Assembly: GCA_965203905.1 (NCBI GenBank)
Contig: CBDBDQ010000005.1
Coordinates: 3,392,001 to 3,456,000 of the forward strand
Length of the DNA: 64,000 bases
Direction of reading: 5' to 3'
Source: Spirochaetia bacterium
GTDB taxonomy: Bacteria; Spirochaetota; Spirochaetia; SZUA-6; Bin103
Part shown: positions 19,053 to 29,444 of the stretch, piece after piece
How positions within the stretch are numbered: the stretch's first letter is position 1
How the letters are laid out: each line of letters begins with the position of its first letter
Program-made: the position numbers and the translations under genes
The notes under the pieces: generated by a model
What the model saw: the letters and a program-made list of their open reading frames with translations, nothing else
Database searches by the model: none
Told to the model about the DNA's origin: nothing

Positions 19053-20384
19053 CTACGGCGACACCAGAACGGGAACCCGGTGGATGACGTTGCCGAGGTA
19101 GCCCTTCGGGTTCCACGGCTGGCGGAACGGCTGCGCGTTGCCGGCGTCGTCGAACGCCCGCGCCCAGATCTCGTAGTAGCCGCGCTGGCGGAACACCAGC
19201 TCGGTGCTCCAGTGGTACCAGGCGTAACGGTTTGCCGGACCGGTCAGGGAGGCCTCGCGCCAGGAAATGCCGAAGTCGGTGGAGACCGCTACCCGGTTCA
19301 CCCGGTTCTCGCCGGCCCAGGCGTGTCCCCCGACCGGGATCGAACCGCCGATGGTGATCTCATGGTCCGCGCGCGGTCGCGTGATCAGCGACTTGACGAC
19401 CCAGGCGGTGGCGATGCGCATGTCCTCCGGCGGCGGCACAACACCGGGGGCCGCCGGGTATGCAGGAACGCGGTAAGAATAACCGCTCATCTTGGCCGAG
19501 TCGTGCACCCGGTCACGCAGCCGGATGCGGGTGAGCCACTTCTGCATCGAGCTGCCGATCCAGCCGGGAACCAGCAGCCGAGCAGGGAATCCGTGCGCCG
19601 CCGGCAGCGGATCGCCGTTCAGCGCCAGCGCGATCAGGGTGTGCTCGTCCAGCGCCTTGGCGAGCGGAATGCCGCGCGAGAACCGCTCGCCGCCGTCCGG
19701 CGCGGCGTCCTCGCCGTAGCAGGCTGCGTAGACGGCGCCGTCCTTGACCCCGGCCGACTCCAGCACGTCGCGCAACCGCACGCCGGTCCACTCGCTGCAG
19801 GCGACCGCTCCGCGAATCCACTGCGTGCCTCCGACCGGGGGATGGAACAGGCTCCTGCCGTTTCCGGCGCACTCCAGGACCACCTGCGCGGTGACCTGCG
19901 GGTAGCAGAGCAGATCCTCCAGGGTCAGGGCCAGCTCGTGGCGCACCTCGCCGTCGACGCGCAGCGCCCAGCCGCGCAGGTCCTTGGCCCGCGCGCGCTC
20001 GGGTATGGCGCCGTTGTTGCGCACGAAGTGGCGCGCCGTGGGCGTGACCGCGTCGTCGAGCAGGTGCACCGGCAGCTCGCCATTGAACGGATCCTCCGAG
20101 TGCACGATCATGTGCGGCTTGGGGAGCCCCGGGTCCGGGACCTGCTCCCAGGCGCTGGGGATCAGGCCGCGCCCGAACAGGCCGCGCGCGGCTGCCCGCG
20201 GACCGGCGCCGAACAGCACCAGCGCCAACGCCGCGGCCCTGCCGGCGGCCGTGAGAAAGTCGCGTCGCGTGACCCGATCGAACCGCGCCAACTCCTCGGG
20301 GCCGGCGCGGCTGTCGGCCAGGATCTGTCGATACTCTGCCCAGCGTCGGTGGGCCGCTGCCGGTGCCGCTGACCGTGGGGTCAC
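19053..20384 (-). CDS. Tat-exported sulfite oxidase-family molybdoenzyme (SoxC/SorT-like); start uncertain
   Basis: TRRDFL twin-arginine motif, HFVRNN, LECAGNGR, FSRGIPL, HGFPARLLVPGWIG..KW, WNPKGY. Confidence 0.88.
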   Translation of the reverse strand: MTPRSAAPAAAHRRWAEYRQILADSRAGPEELARFDRVTRRDFLTAAGRAAALALVLFGAGPRAAARGLFGRGLIPSAWEQVPDPGLPKPHMIVHSEDPFNGELPVHLLDDAVTPTARHFVRNNGAIPERARAKDLRGWALRVDGEVRHELALTLEDLLCYPQVTAQVVLECAGNGRSLFHPPVGGTQWIRGAVACSEWTGVRLRDVLESAGVKDGAVYAACYGEDAAPDGGERFSRGIPLAKALDEHTLIALALNGDPLPAAHGFPARLLVPGWIGSSMQKWLTRIRLRDRVHDSAKMSGYSYRVPAYPAAPGVVPPPEDMRIATAWVVKSLITRPRADHEITIGGSIPVGGHAWAGENRVNRVAVSTDFGISWREASLTGPANRYAWYHWSTELVFRQRGYYEIWARAFDDAGNAQPFRQPWNPKGYLGNVIHRVPVLVSP

Positions 20385-20460
20385 GGTGCCGTTGTCAAGC
20401 TTCGCGTTCACGGCTGGTGTAGACTCTGACTCCACGATTCTACGACGAGGAGGGCGCCCG

Positions 20461-21309
20461 ATGCGACCGCCGATCGCCAGCATGCAGAACGCCGGGGTGA
20501 AGCGGGCGGTGCGGTTGCGTCGGCGGCGGGCGCGTGACCGCGAGCGGGCGTTCCTGATCGAAGGCTACCGGGAGCTGCTGCGTGCGGTGGAGGTGGGGCT
20601 GCCGCTGGAAGCGGTCTACCACTGTCCCGAGTTCTATCTCGGGAGCAACGAGCCGGCGCTGCTGGAGCGCGCCGGACAGGCCGACGGCGCGCTGCTGATC
20701 GAGACCAGCGCTGCCGTATTTGCCAAGCTCTCCTACCGCGACCGCCCCGACGGTCTGCTGGCCGTGGCGCCGATGCCGGCCTGGACCCTCGAGCGCCTGC
20801 CGGCGCCGGGGCCGGAGTCCCTTTACGTGGTCGCCACCGCCATCGAGAAGCCGGGCAACCTGGGTACCCTGCTGCGCAGCGCCGACGCCGTGGGCGCCGC
20901 GGGCGTGATCGCCTGCGACCCGGTCACCGACCTGTTCAATCCGAACGTGGTGCGGGCCAGCGTCGGCACCCTGTTCACGGTGCCGGCGGCGCAGGCCGAT
21001 GCCGCGGCCACGCGCCGCTGGCTGGATGCTCACGGCGTGCGCACCTTGGCCACCTCGCCCGCGGCCGAGCGCTGCTACACCGACCACGACCTCACCGGGG
21101 CGCTCGCAATCGTCCTCGGCAGCGAGCAGTTCGGCCTGGACGCCGCGTGGTTCGACGGCAGGCACGGCGCCGTGTCGATCCCCATGCAGGGCCACGCCGA
21201 CTCGATCAACGTCGCCATGGCCGGCACGGCGCTGCTGTTCGAGGCGCTGCGCCAGCGGTCTCAGGCGAAGCAATCATCCCTGCCAAGGCGGGGCGGCCGG
21301 TCCCCGTGA
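20461..21309 (+). CDS. TrmH/SpoU family RNA 2'-O-methyltransferase
   Basis: FLIEG, EKPGNLGTLLRSADA, VRASVG, LGSE..GL, IPM.G..DSINVA. Confidence 0.92.
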   Translation: MRPPIASMQNAGVKRAVRLRRRRARDRERAFLIEGYRELLRAVEVGLPLEAVYHCPEFYLGSNEPALLERAGQADGALLIETSAAVFAKLSYRDRPDGLLAVAPMPAWTLERLPAPGPESLYVVATAIEKPGNLGTLLRSADAVGAAGVIACDPVTDLFNPNVVRASVGTLFTVPAAQADAAATRRWLDAHGVRTLATSPAAERCYTDHDLTGALAIVLGSEQFGLDAAWFDGRHGAVSIPMQGHADSINVAMAGTALLFEALRQRSQAKQSSLPRRGGRSP

Positions 21310-21358
21310 CAAAGCAGCGCTGTCGCCACCCCGTAATGGAGTATAGTTGGAGGTGGCG

Positions 21359-21793
21359 ATGGGAGAGGCAATGGCGCTGCGGGACGAGGACATCGGGCGC
21401 ATCGGGGATTACGTCAAGCCGTGGCTGCGGAGCGTGGTCGAGGACATGATTCCCCGGCACGAGCCGGCCGGAGTCGGTGCCCAGCTCCTGGAGCGGATGG
21501 TCCGCGTGGAGGAGGAGCTCAAGTCACAGCGCCAGTTGATGGACGAGCGCTTCGGATTCATGGAGCACCGGTTCGCGGCGATGGACAATCGCTTCGAGGA
21601 GTTGCTCGACCACACCAACAGCCGCTTCGAGGCGGTCGAGAAGCGCTTCGAGGAGAGTCTCGAGCACACCAACACGCGCTTTGCGGACCTCACCGCCCAG
21701 ATGAACGCCCGTTTCACTTCGTTGAGCTGGATGATCGGAGTCGGGTTCGTGGTGATCACCTCCCTCACGACGCTGTACGCCCTGCTCGCCTGA
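21359..21793 (+). CDS. Coiled-coil repeat protein with C-terminal TM anchor (DUF1640/Bdr-like)
   Basis: Repeated xxxRF units (MDERF, MEHRF, MDNRF, TNSRF, VEKRF, TNTRF, MNARF) then a hydrophobic tail; GGAGG RBS. Confidence 0.75.
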   Translation: MGEAMALRDEDIGRIGDYVKPWLRSVVEDMIPRHEPAGVGAQLLERMVRVEEELKSQRQLMDERFGFMEHRFAAMDNRFEELLDHTNSRFEAVEKRFEESLEHTNTRFADLTAQMNARFTSLSWMIGVGFVVITSLTTLYALLA

Positions 21794-21821
21794 CGGCCGA
21801 CTCGGTCCACGCGCTCCGTCG

Positions 21822-23336
21822 CTACCAGTCGAAGAACGAGCCTGACGGCCAGCGGTCGTGGTAGCCGGTTGTGAAATAGCCCTCGAACGGCCGTTGCGCG
21901 CCCTTGCGCCATGGCCGGCGCTCCCAGCCCGCACCGTCGAGCAGGTCGCCGGTCTCCTCCAGGTGTGCCAGCAGCAGGTCGTGGAGCTCGTTGCGCAGAC
22001 CGGCGTGCTCGGTCGCGTGAATCAGGTTCAACGTCTCCCCCGGATCGGCGCGCAGGTCGTACAGCTCGTCACGGTCGAGCAGGTTGATCGAGAGCTTCCA
22101 GTCCGCGGTGCGAATGCAGCGGATGGGGTAGAAGCCGCCGGCGCGGGGCTGGCCGATCCCGAAGCGGTGGTACTCGCTGAAGGCGGCGCGGCGGTGCTCG
22201 GAGGCGGAGCGCTCACCGCGCAGCAGCGGCAGCAGCGATTCGCCCGTGTAGCCGGCGCTGCGCGGGAACCGCCCATCGCCGGCGCCGGGAACCCTTGCGG
22301 CCTCCACCACGGTGGCCCACACATCGAGGCTGCTGGTCAGGCACTCCCGGCGCACCCCCGCGGGGAGGCCCGGACCGGCCACCAGCAGCGGCACCGCCAC
22401 GGTGTGGTCGTACATCGTCGGCCCCTTGGCGCACAGCCCGAAGGCTCCCAGGTGATCGCCGTGATCGGAGGTGTAGATCACCAGGGCATCCGGACAGTAG
22501 CGGTCGACGGCTTCGAGCAGGCGCCCGATCTCCCAGTCCGCGTAGCTGTTGCAGTCGTAATACTTGTGGTAGTAGCGGGGGTACTCCTCGGGAGTGGAGC
22601 GTGCGGCCGCCAGCCACGCGGAGTAGTCGCGCTGCAGGCGCGGCTTGTCGGCGGGAGCCGCCGGAAACGAGGGTGGTCGTGGCAGTCGTTCGTGCTCGTA
22701 GCGCCCCTGGAACGGCGGCGGACAGAGGTAGGGCCCGTGCGGCTCGTCCAGCTCCACGGCCAGGAACAGGGGCGCCTCGCGGTCACGGCTTCGCAGCAGA
22801 TCGATGGCGCGGTCCACGACGCGGTGCGCGTAGCAGTAGTCGACATCCTCCATGCCGCGCAACCAGCCGCCGAAGCGGTTGGCGCCGCTGCGTCCCACCT
22901 CGCCCTTGAAGGTGGTCATGTCGTACCAGGTGGCGGCGGAGAAGCCGCCGGCGGCGCGGCCGGCACCGGCGTAACCGCCGTCCAGATGCCACTTGCCGAG
23001 GTGGTGGGCCGCGTAGCCGGCCTCGGCCAGCAGCTCGCCCAGCAGCGGCACTCCCCGCGACGGGGCGAGGTTGTTGCACAGCGCGCCGTTGCGATTCGGC
23101 GGCAGCCCGGTGTACCAGGAGGAGCGTGCCGGCGTGCACAGCGGCGAGGCGGTGATGCAGGTGCCGAACAGGGTGCCGCGCGCGGCCAGCCGGTCGATGT
23201 TGGGAGTCTTCGGGAGCTGCGGCTCGACCCCCTCTGCCGCATCCGCCCGGTGCCAGTGTGCGGGACCGTACGCCGACACCATGTCGCGCCCCTGGGTGTC
23301 GGTGGTGACAAGGATGATCAATGGTCGGTCGGCCAT
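21822..23336 (-). CDS. Formylglycine-dependent sulfatase (YidJ-like)
   Basis: CTPAR, GKWHL, EPHGP, TSDHG, K, ELYDL..DP.E..NL. Confidence 0.92.
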   Translation of the reverse strand: MADRPLIILVTTDTQGRDMVSAYGPAHWHRADAAEGVEPQLPKTPNIDRLAARGTLFGTCITASPLCTPARSSWYTGLPPNRNGALCNNLAPSRGVPLLGELLAEAGYAAHHLGKWHLDGGYAGAGRAAGGFSAATWYDMTTFKGEVGRSGANRFGGWLRGMEDVDYCYAHRVVDRAIDLLRSRDREAPLFLAVELDEPHGPYLCPPPFQGRYEHERLPRPPSFPAAPADKPRLQRDYSAWLAAARSTPEEYPRYYHKYYDCNSYADWEIGRLLEAVDRYCPDALVIYTSDHGDHLGAFGLCAKGPTMYDHTVAVPLLVAGPGLPAGVRRECLTSSLDVWATVVEAARVPGAGDGRFPRSAGYTGESLLPLLRGERSASEHRRAAFSEYHRFGIGQPRAGGFYPIRCIRTADWKLSINLLDRDELYDLRADPGETLNLIHATEHAGLRNELHDLLLAHLEETGDLLDGAGWERRPWRKGAQRPFEGYFTTGYHDRWPSGSFFDW

Positions 23337-23490
23337 GGCACAGATTACGCCGCCATCCGCTGGTACGCCATGGGGCCACTGGGTCTGTGGCCACGGCAGG
23401 TGGCCCTGGAGCTGTTAGACTGGTGCACGTCACGCTATGCTGTCGATCGATGTGGGGAAAGCGGCACCATGGGGCCGGTGAGTTGCCGCA

Positions 23491-23799
23491 ATGAAGACCC
23501 TCGAACTGGTTCGTTCTCAGTTGAGTGCAGGGGACTATGATCTCTCTCGTCATGCACTCAGACGGGTTGTGGAACGAGATATCAGCGAACAGGAAATCAG
23601 AGAGGCCGGACAGCGGGCTGCAATCATCGAGGACTACCCGGACGACAAGTACTCCCCCAGCTCATTGCTGCTCGGTTACACCTCGAGGGGACGAGTTCTC
23701 CACATCCAGGTGTCCCGTGCGGACACCGAACTCGCCAGAATCATCACGTTGTACGAGCCGAATCCCGATGAGTGGGTCGACTATTCCAGGAGGCGTTGA
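23491..23799 (+). CDS. DUF4258 domain protein (putative RelE-like toxin)
   Basis: SRHALRR..ER.I, IIEDYPDDKY.PS.LLLG, LHI, ITLYEP. Confidence 0.85.
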   Translation: MKTLELVRSQLSAGDYDLSRHALRRVVERDISEQEIREAGQRAAIIEDYPDDKYSPSSLLLGYTSRGRVLHIQVSRADTELARIITLYEPNPDEWVDYSRRR

Positions 23800-24036
23800 A
23801 TGAAGTTTACCTGTAGCGTCTGTCAAGCGACCGACAGCCGCGAAGAACTGGTTGAGGAGGTCTTTCAAGTAGACGGGAGGTACGTACTGGTCGGTAGTAT
23901 TCCAGCCGTCGTGTGCGGCCGTTGCGGCGAGCAATCATTTAGTCGAGAAACCACGGAGAGGATTCGCCAAATGGTCCACGGTAAGGCGACGGCCAGGACG
24001 TCTGTCGCCATGGACGTCCTTGACTTTGTCTCTTGA
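23800..24036 (+). CDS. YgiT/MqsA-type zinc-finger protein (putative antitoxin)
   Basis: CSVC...IPAVVCGRCGE; directly follows the DUF4258 gene. Confidence 0.85.
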   Translation: MKFTCSVCQATDSREELVEEVFQVDGRYVLVGSIPAVVCGRCGEQSFSRETTERIRQMVHGKATARTSVAMDVLDFVS

Positions 24037-24072
24037 GGCGGACCGACGAGACGCTACGGTCACTCTAACGCT

Positions 24073-25260
24073 TCAGGCCCGCTCCAGGAGGAGGGCGATG
24101 CCCATGCCGCCGCCGATGCAGAGGGCGGCGATGCCGCGCCGCGCGGCGCGCCGCTGCATCTCGTGCAGCAGGGTAACGGCGATGCGGGTGCCGCTGGCAC
24201 CCAGCGGATGGCCCATGGCGATCGCCCCGCCGTTGACGTTGACCCGCGACTCGTCCCAGTCCAGCTCGCGCCCCACCGCCAGCACCTGGCCGGCGAACGC
24301 CTCGTTCACCTCCAGCAGGTCGACGTCGGCCAGGGTGAGGCCGGTGGCGGCCAGCAGCTTGCGGATGGCGAACGCCGGCCCGATGCCCATCACCGCCGGG
24401 TCGACTCCCGCCGTGGCACAGCCGCTCACCCAGGCTAGCGGCTCCAGCCCGCTCGCGGCCGCCCGCCGCTCGCTCATCACCACCACCGCCGCGCCACCGT
24501 CGCTCAGCTTCGAGGCGTTGCCCGCGGTAACCGTACCGTCCCGCTCGAACGCCGGCCGCAGATTTGCCAGCGCTTCCAGGCTGGTGTCGGCCCGCGGCGC
24601 CTCATCGCTGCGGAACTCGACGGCCGGGCCCTTGCGGGCGGCCACCGGCACCGCCACGATCTCGCGGCCGAAGCGATCCTCCTGCAGTGCCGCCAGGTAG
24701 CGCTGTTGACTCTGCAGCGCGTAACGGTCCTGCTCGGCGCGCTCCACCTGGTAGCGCGTGGCCAGGGTCTCGGCGGTGTTGCCCATGTGACAGTCGACGA
24801 AGCAGTCCCAGAGTCCGTCGCGCAGCATCACGTCCACCAGCTCGACGTGGCCCATGCGCGCACCCCAGCGGGCCTCGGGGAGCAGGTAAGGCGCTCTGCT
24901 CATCGACTCCATGCCGCCGGCGACGATGCAGTCGGCGTCGCCCAGTGCGATGGCCTGGGCCGCCAGGCTGATCGCCTTGAGCCCGGAACCGCACACCTTG
25001 TTGATGGTCATGGAGGGCACGGAGTAGGGGATCTCGGCCTTGACCGAAGCGACACGGGCGGGGTTGGGCCCGTTGCCCGCCTGGTAGACGTTGCCCATGA
25101 TCACCTCGTCCACCTGGTCCCCGCCGACGCCGGCGCGCCGCAGTGCCTCGCGGATCGCGACCGAGCCCAGGAAGGGAGCGGAGCACTCCTTGAGGGCCCC
25201 GCCGAAGGCGCCGATGGCGGTGCGCGTGGCGCTCACCAGTGCAGCGCGGTTGCGGCTCAT
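24073..25260 (-). CDS. atoB: Acetyl-CoA C-acetyltransferase (thiolase)
   Basis: NKVCGSG, NEAFA, GHPLGASG, LCIGGGMG. Confidence 0.92.
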   Translation of the reverse strand: MSRNRAALVSATRTAIGAFGGALKECSAPFLGSVAIREALRRAGVGGDQVDEVIMGNVYQAGNGPNPARVASVKAEIPYSVPSMTINKVCGSGLKAISLAAQAIALGDADCIVAGGMESMSRAPYLLPEARWGARMGHVELVDVMLRDGLWDCFVDCHMGNTAETLATRYQVERAEQDRYALQSQQRYLAALQEDRFGREIVAVPVAARKGPAVEFRSDEAPRADTSLEALANLRPAFERDGTVTAGNASKLSDGGAAVVVMSERRAAASGLEPLAWVSGCATAGVDPAVMGIGPAFAIRKLLAATGLTLADVDLLEVNEAFAGQVLAVGRELDWDESRVNVNGGAIAMGHPLGASGTRIAVTLLHEMQRRAARRGIAALCIGGGMGIALLLERA

Positions 25261-27389
25261 GACGCTTGCCTGCCTGCGGCGTCCGCGTAGCTGGCGCGGA
25301 GCACGCGGCGCATGGTCTTGTTGGACGCCGTACGCGGCAGGGCATCCACCAGCACCACGTCGTGGATCCGGAACAACGGATTCAGGTGCTCGCGGATGAC
25401 GTTTCTGAAGCGGGCCTGCAACTCCTCGGTCGTGGTCTCGGGGCCCGTCTCGAGTACGGCGTAGACCACCAGGCGCTCGGGACCGCCGCCTGCCGGTTGC
25501 ACGCCCACCGCAGCGGTCTCCACCACTTCGGCAACCGTGTTGAGCAGACGTTCGATTTCCGCCGAGCTGACCTTGATGCCGCCCAGGTTCATGGTGTCGT
25601 CCACCCGCCCGTGGATCCGGTAGCCGCCCCCGGAAAGCTGCTCGATCTGGTCGCCGTGGCGCCGCAGCGGCACGCTTCCGGCCGCCCGCGGCGTGCCGTC
25701 GAAGTACACCGCATGATGATCCTGGTTGAGCAGGGTGGTGGAGAGCCCGACCGAGGGCGGCCGCAGGAACACTTCGCCGTTGCCGGCCGGCCGGCCGGCC
25801 TCGTCGAGAATCAGAAAGTCGATCCCCAGCGCCGGCGTGGTGCAGGTGGTGGGGGCCGACGGCTGCACCACGGTGCCGGTGAGGTAGCCGCCGCCGATCT
25901 CGGTGCCGCCGCAGTATTCGATCACCGGGCGGTAGCCGGCCAGGGCCATCAGGTACAGGTAGTCGTCTCCGTTGGAGGGCTCGCCGGTGGAGCTGAACAC
26001 GCGGATTGCGCTCCAGTCCAGTCCCTCCATGCAGCCGCTGCTGCGCCACGTCCGCACCAGGCTGGGCACCACCCCGAGCATGGTGACGCCGGCATCCTTC
26101 ACGAACTGCCCGAACTCGCGTCCGGTCGGGACGCCGTCGAACAGCGCGATGCTGGCGCGGTTGATGAGACTGGCGTAGATCAGCCACGGCCCCATCATCC
26201 AGCCCAGGCTGGTGGGCCACGCCGCCACGTCCCCGGGCCGGATGTCCTGGTGCAGGCAGCCGTCTGCCGCACACTTCAGCGGCGTGGTGTGGGTCCACGG
26301 GATCGCCTTCGGCTCACCGGTGGTGCCGGAGGAGAACAGGATCGTGGTGGCAGCCTCGGGCTCGCACGGAACCGGACTGAACGTGGCATCGGCGCTGAGA
26401 AAATCCTCCCAGCTCAGGTCGACGCTGCGGCTCACGGGGGCCGGACCGGTGCCTTGCGCCAGCACGATTGCCGGTGGCGCGTCCGCTTCCACCACCTTGG
26501 CGTACAGGGGCAGCAGCTTGCCGTGGCGCAGAATCCGGTCCTGGGTGAAGATCGCCTTGGCGTGCGTGATCTGCAGGCGGATGCCGATCTCCTCCGCCGC
26601 GAAGCTGTCGGCGATGCCGACCGCGGTGCAGCCGGCGAAGATGATCCCCAGGTAGATGGCGACCGACTCCGCGGTCATCGGCAGGTCCAGGGCGATGGCA
26701 TCACCGGGACGGTAGCCGGCGTCGCGCAGCCCGTTGGCGACGCGGTTGGCCAGTGCCCGCAGCTCGCCGTAGCTGACGCTCCCCCGCGGGCCGCCCTCGG
26801 CCTGGTGCACGATCGCGACCGCGTCGTCCGGCGCGTTGAAGCAGCTCTCCGCGATGTTCAGCCGGCCCCCCGGAAACCAGCGCGGCTCGCGCAGGTCGGA
26901 GAGATCGGCCACCGCGTGGTAGGGATGGGCGAAGCGGATCCGCAGCCGCTGCGCCAGGTGGTGCCAGAACTCCGTGAACTGCGTCACCGACCAGTGGAAC
27001 AGGTCCCGATAGGTGTCGCAGCGCTGTTCGCGCATCAACGCGTGCAGGTTGCTGGCGCGGATCTCCTCCTCGGTGGGGATCCAGGCCGGCGCCGGTCCAT
27101 GGGCCAGGTTCCGCTTGCGGTAGGTGCGCTCGTAGAGAAGCTGGTGCACGGCGAAGGGGATCTCGGGAGTGAGCACGGAGCGCGTCAGTTCCTTCCAGCA
27201 GCGCTCCTCCGCCTGCTGGCTGTGCCCGGCCGCGGCGAGCAGGCGGTTCGCACGCTCGCCGACGAACAGCGCGCGCGCCCGGTCGAGGCCGGCGGCGAGC
27301 AGGTCCTTCGACGAAACCCGGTGGGCCGGCGCCCGGTGGACATCGGTCGGCATGGTCTTCGGCGCTGCTGAACGACCGTGCGTGCTCAT
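25257..27389 (-). CDS. Acyl-CoA synthetase (AAE17/18-like AMP-binding enzyme)
   Basis: FSSGTTGEPK, YCGGTE, RHGD, GRVDD, LPRTASNK; N-terminal extension PFAVHQLLY...AWIP. Confidence 0.88.
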   Translation of the reverse strand: MSTHGRSAAPKTMPTDVHRAPAHRVSSKDLLAAGLDRARALFVGERANRLLAAAGHSQQAEERCWKELTRSVLTPEIPFAVHQLLYERTYRKRNLAHGPAPAWIPTEEEIRASNLHALMREQRCDTYRDLFHWSVTQFTEFWHHLAQRLRIRFAHPYHAVADLSDLREPRWFPGGRLNIAESCFNAPDDAVAIVHQAEGGPRGSVSYGELRALANRVANGLRDAGYRPGDAIALDLPMTAESVAIYLGIIFAGCTAVGIADSFAAEEIGIRLQITHAKAIFTQDRILRHGKLLPLYAKVVEADAPPAIVLAQGTGPAPVSRSVDLSWEDFLSADATFSPVPCEPEAATTILFSSGTTGEPKAIPWTHTTPLKCAADGCLHQDIRPGDVAAWPTSLGWMMGPWLIYASLINRASIALFDGVPTGREFGQFVKDAGVTMLGVVPSLVRTWRSSGCMEGLDWSAIRVFSSTGEPSNGDDYLYLMALAGYRPVIEYCGGTEIGGGYLTGTVVQPSAPTTCTTPALGIDFLILDEAGRPAGNGEVFLRPPSVGLSTTLLNQDHHAVYFDGTPRAAGSVPLRRHGDQIEQLSGGGYRIHGRVDDTMNLGGIKVSSAEIERLLNTVAEVVETAAVGVQPAGGGPERLVVYAVLETGPETTTEELQARFRNVIREHLNPLFRIHDVVLVDALPRTASNKTMRRVLRASYADAAGRQAS

Positions 27390-27402
27390 GGGTGTCCCTC
27401 GG

Positions 27403-28248
27403 CTACTCCAACCTGCGTTGGTCGCTCAGGTCCTTGCCGCCGACCGCCTGGGTGATGGTGGCGCCGCGGTATTCGCGGATCTCCAACTGGTGGAAGGCGT
27501 TGACGATCATGTGCTGGGTCGGCATGTCCTCCCAGCGGGCGTGGTGGAACTGCACCGTGCCATCGCCGCGCCACATGGCGGTGACCTGGCGATGGGAGCC
27601 CGCGGCCGGGGTGAGGGTGGCGTAGGCGACGTCGGCCTGGTCCCAGTCGCCGGTGCGCGGGATGTACTTGTAGTGGAGCTGGCCGGTGAGCACGCCGTCG
27701 GAGCGCGGCGCGGGCGCGGGCGGGTAGTCGGCCGGTGCCACCGGCTGCATGTCGCGCAGCTTCATGTCGAGGAAGCGGTAGCCCATCCAGCTCGCGGTGA
27801 CGTGGGTCTCGCCCCGGCACACCGCCGGATCCGGCAACTCACAGTAGATCTTGGCGAAGCCGAGTTGCTCGCGCCCGGTCAGGATCGGGTCGGTCAGGTT
27901 CTCCCACAGCACCGTCAGGAACGAACCCATCGCGCGGTCGCTTGCCCCGGTGTAGGTCACCGGGAAGGTGACCCCCATGATGTTGTAGCCGCGGCCGGCG
28001 AGCCACTCGATCTCCTTCATGTGGGTCTGGTCGACGGTCACCACCGGCTCGCCGTGCAGGGCGAAGCCCTCCGGCAGCAGTGCCTCGAGCTGCTCGGGGT
28101 TGGTGAGGAAGCTCACCGAGTAGCTGGTCGATCGGGGATTGTCCCGGCACTCGAAGCGCGCGTCGTCGGGACCCTGCCGCGGTCCCGCCATGGGACCGAA
28201 GTGGGTGGGCATCAGGTACATCATGCCCTTCTCGAAGGTATAGCCCAT
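27403..28248 (-). CDS. Acetoacetate decarboxylase-like family protein
   Basis: LEALLPEGF, VLWEN..DPILTGREQLGFAK (Lys at the Schiff-base position). Confidence 0.85.
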   Translation of the reverse strand: MGYTFEKGMMYLMPTHFGPMAGPRQGPDDARFECRDNPRSTSYSVSFLTNPEQLEALLPEGFALHGEPVVTVDQTHMKEIEWLAGRGYNIMGVTFPVTYTGASDRAMGSFLTVLWENLTDPILTGREQLGFAKIYCELPDPAVCRGETHVTASWMGYRFLDMKLRDMQPVAPADYPPAPAPRSDGVLTGQLHYKYIPRTGDWDQADVAYATLTPAAGSHRQVTAMWRGDGTVQFHHARWEDMPTQHMIVNAFHQLEIREYRGATITQAVGGKDLSDQRRLE

Positions 28249-28325
28249 GACCCGATCCTGCGCCGTGCCGCGCCTGAGATGCAACCCTCCAGCCGCCTCG
28301 CCCAATTCAACGTGGTGTAGTTGCA

Positions 28326-29444
28326 TCACGACGATACGGTATCCTCCTCGTCGTCCAATACCTGCTTGCACACCGTAACGCAATCCTCGCAGATGTAGAC
28401 ACCGGGGGCGATCATGCCGCCAATCAAGTGTCGCGCCGCGGCGGCGCTCTTCCCGCAGAACGAGCAGGACCTCGGATCGCTGCTACCAATGACCGGACGA
28501 GCGTCACCGAGCAGCGCCGCCGCCCGCGCCAGCTCCTCGTCGCCTGCGCGGCGCACCTCCTCGGGATCGCGGCCCTGCCAGTCGAGCAGCCCGCGGCCGC
28601 TCTTGAGCCCGAGATGGCCGGCCGCCGCCAACTCCAGCAGGTAGCGGCGGCCGGCAGCTACCCGCTCGCGGTCATCCACGTCCACCTGGACCCGGGCCGC
28701 CAGGTCCAGCCCCGCCACGTCGCGCTGCGCCAGCGGCCCGCGGACCAGGAAGCGCAGGCCGAAGCCGAAGCGCACGGCGCGGTCGACATCTTCCGCGCTG
28801 GCCAGCCCTTCGGCGACCTGGGCCAGCGCTTCCCGCATCAACGCGCGCTGCAGCCGGTTGGCGATGTAGCCGGCGACGTCGCGCCGCACCCGCACCGGCA
28901 CCTTGCCGCACCGCTCCCAGAGCGAGCAGACCCGCTCCACCGCATCGTCTGGGGTTCGGTCACCGCGCGACACCTCGACCAGCGGTACGATCTGCGCCGG
29001 CAGGAAGAAGTGCGACCCCACGATCCGGGCGTGGCGTTGCGCCCTCACTCGCGCCCCGACCTGGGCTATGGTGAAGCTGGAGCTGTTGGTGGCCAGCAGC
29101 GCGTCCGTCGGCGCCAGCCGGTCCAGCTCCGCGAACAGCTCCTGCTTCACGCCCAGCTCCTCGGGCGCCGCCTCGACCACCAGCCACGCCCGCTCCACGG
29201 CACGCGCCAGGTCGGTGGTGGTACGCAGCCGGGAGGGCGTCTCGCGCGCGACCTGCGCGTCGATCAGGCCATGTCGCTGGAGCCGCTCCAGCGACTCGCG
29301 GACCAGGGCCAACGCGCGCTCCAGCGCCCCGCGGTCGGGGTCGTACAGCCACACCACCGGTTGCGTGCGTGCCAGCACCTCGGCAATGCCGTGGCCCATC
29401 GCGCCCGACCCCACCACCGCGCAGACCGCTTCCATGGCCTTCAC
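28326..29444 (-). CDS. 3-hydroxyacyl-CoA dehydrogenase family protein with C-terminal ClpX-type C4 zinc finger
   Basis: [33 protein letters not shown]; tail CSFCGKS...LIGG...VYICEDCV; GTG start overlaps the upstream TGA. Confidence 0.88.
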   Translation of the reverse strand: MKAMEAVCAVVGSGAMGHGIAEVLARTQPVVWLYDPDRGALERALALVRESLERLQRHGLIDAQVARETPSRLRTTTDLARAVERAWLVVEAAPEELGVKQELFAELDRLAPTDALLATNSSSFTIAQVGARVRAQRHARIVGSHFFLPAQIVPLVEVSRGDRTPDDAVERVCSLWERCGKVPVRVRRDVAGYIANRLQRALMREALAQVAEGLASAEDVDRAVRFGFGLRFLVRGPLAQRDVAGLDLAARVQVDVDDRERVAAGRRYLLELAAAGHLGLKSGRGLLDWQGRDPEEVRRAGDEELARAAALLGDARPVIGSSDPRSCSFCGKSAAAARHLIGGMIAPGVYICEDCVTVCKQVLDDEEDTVSS

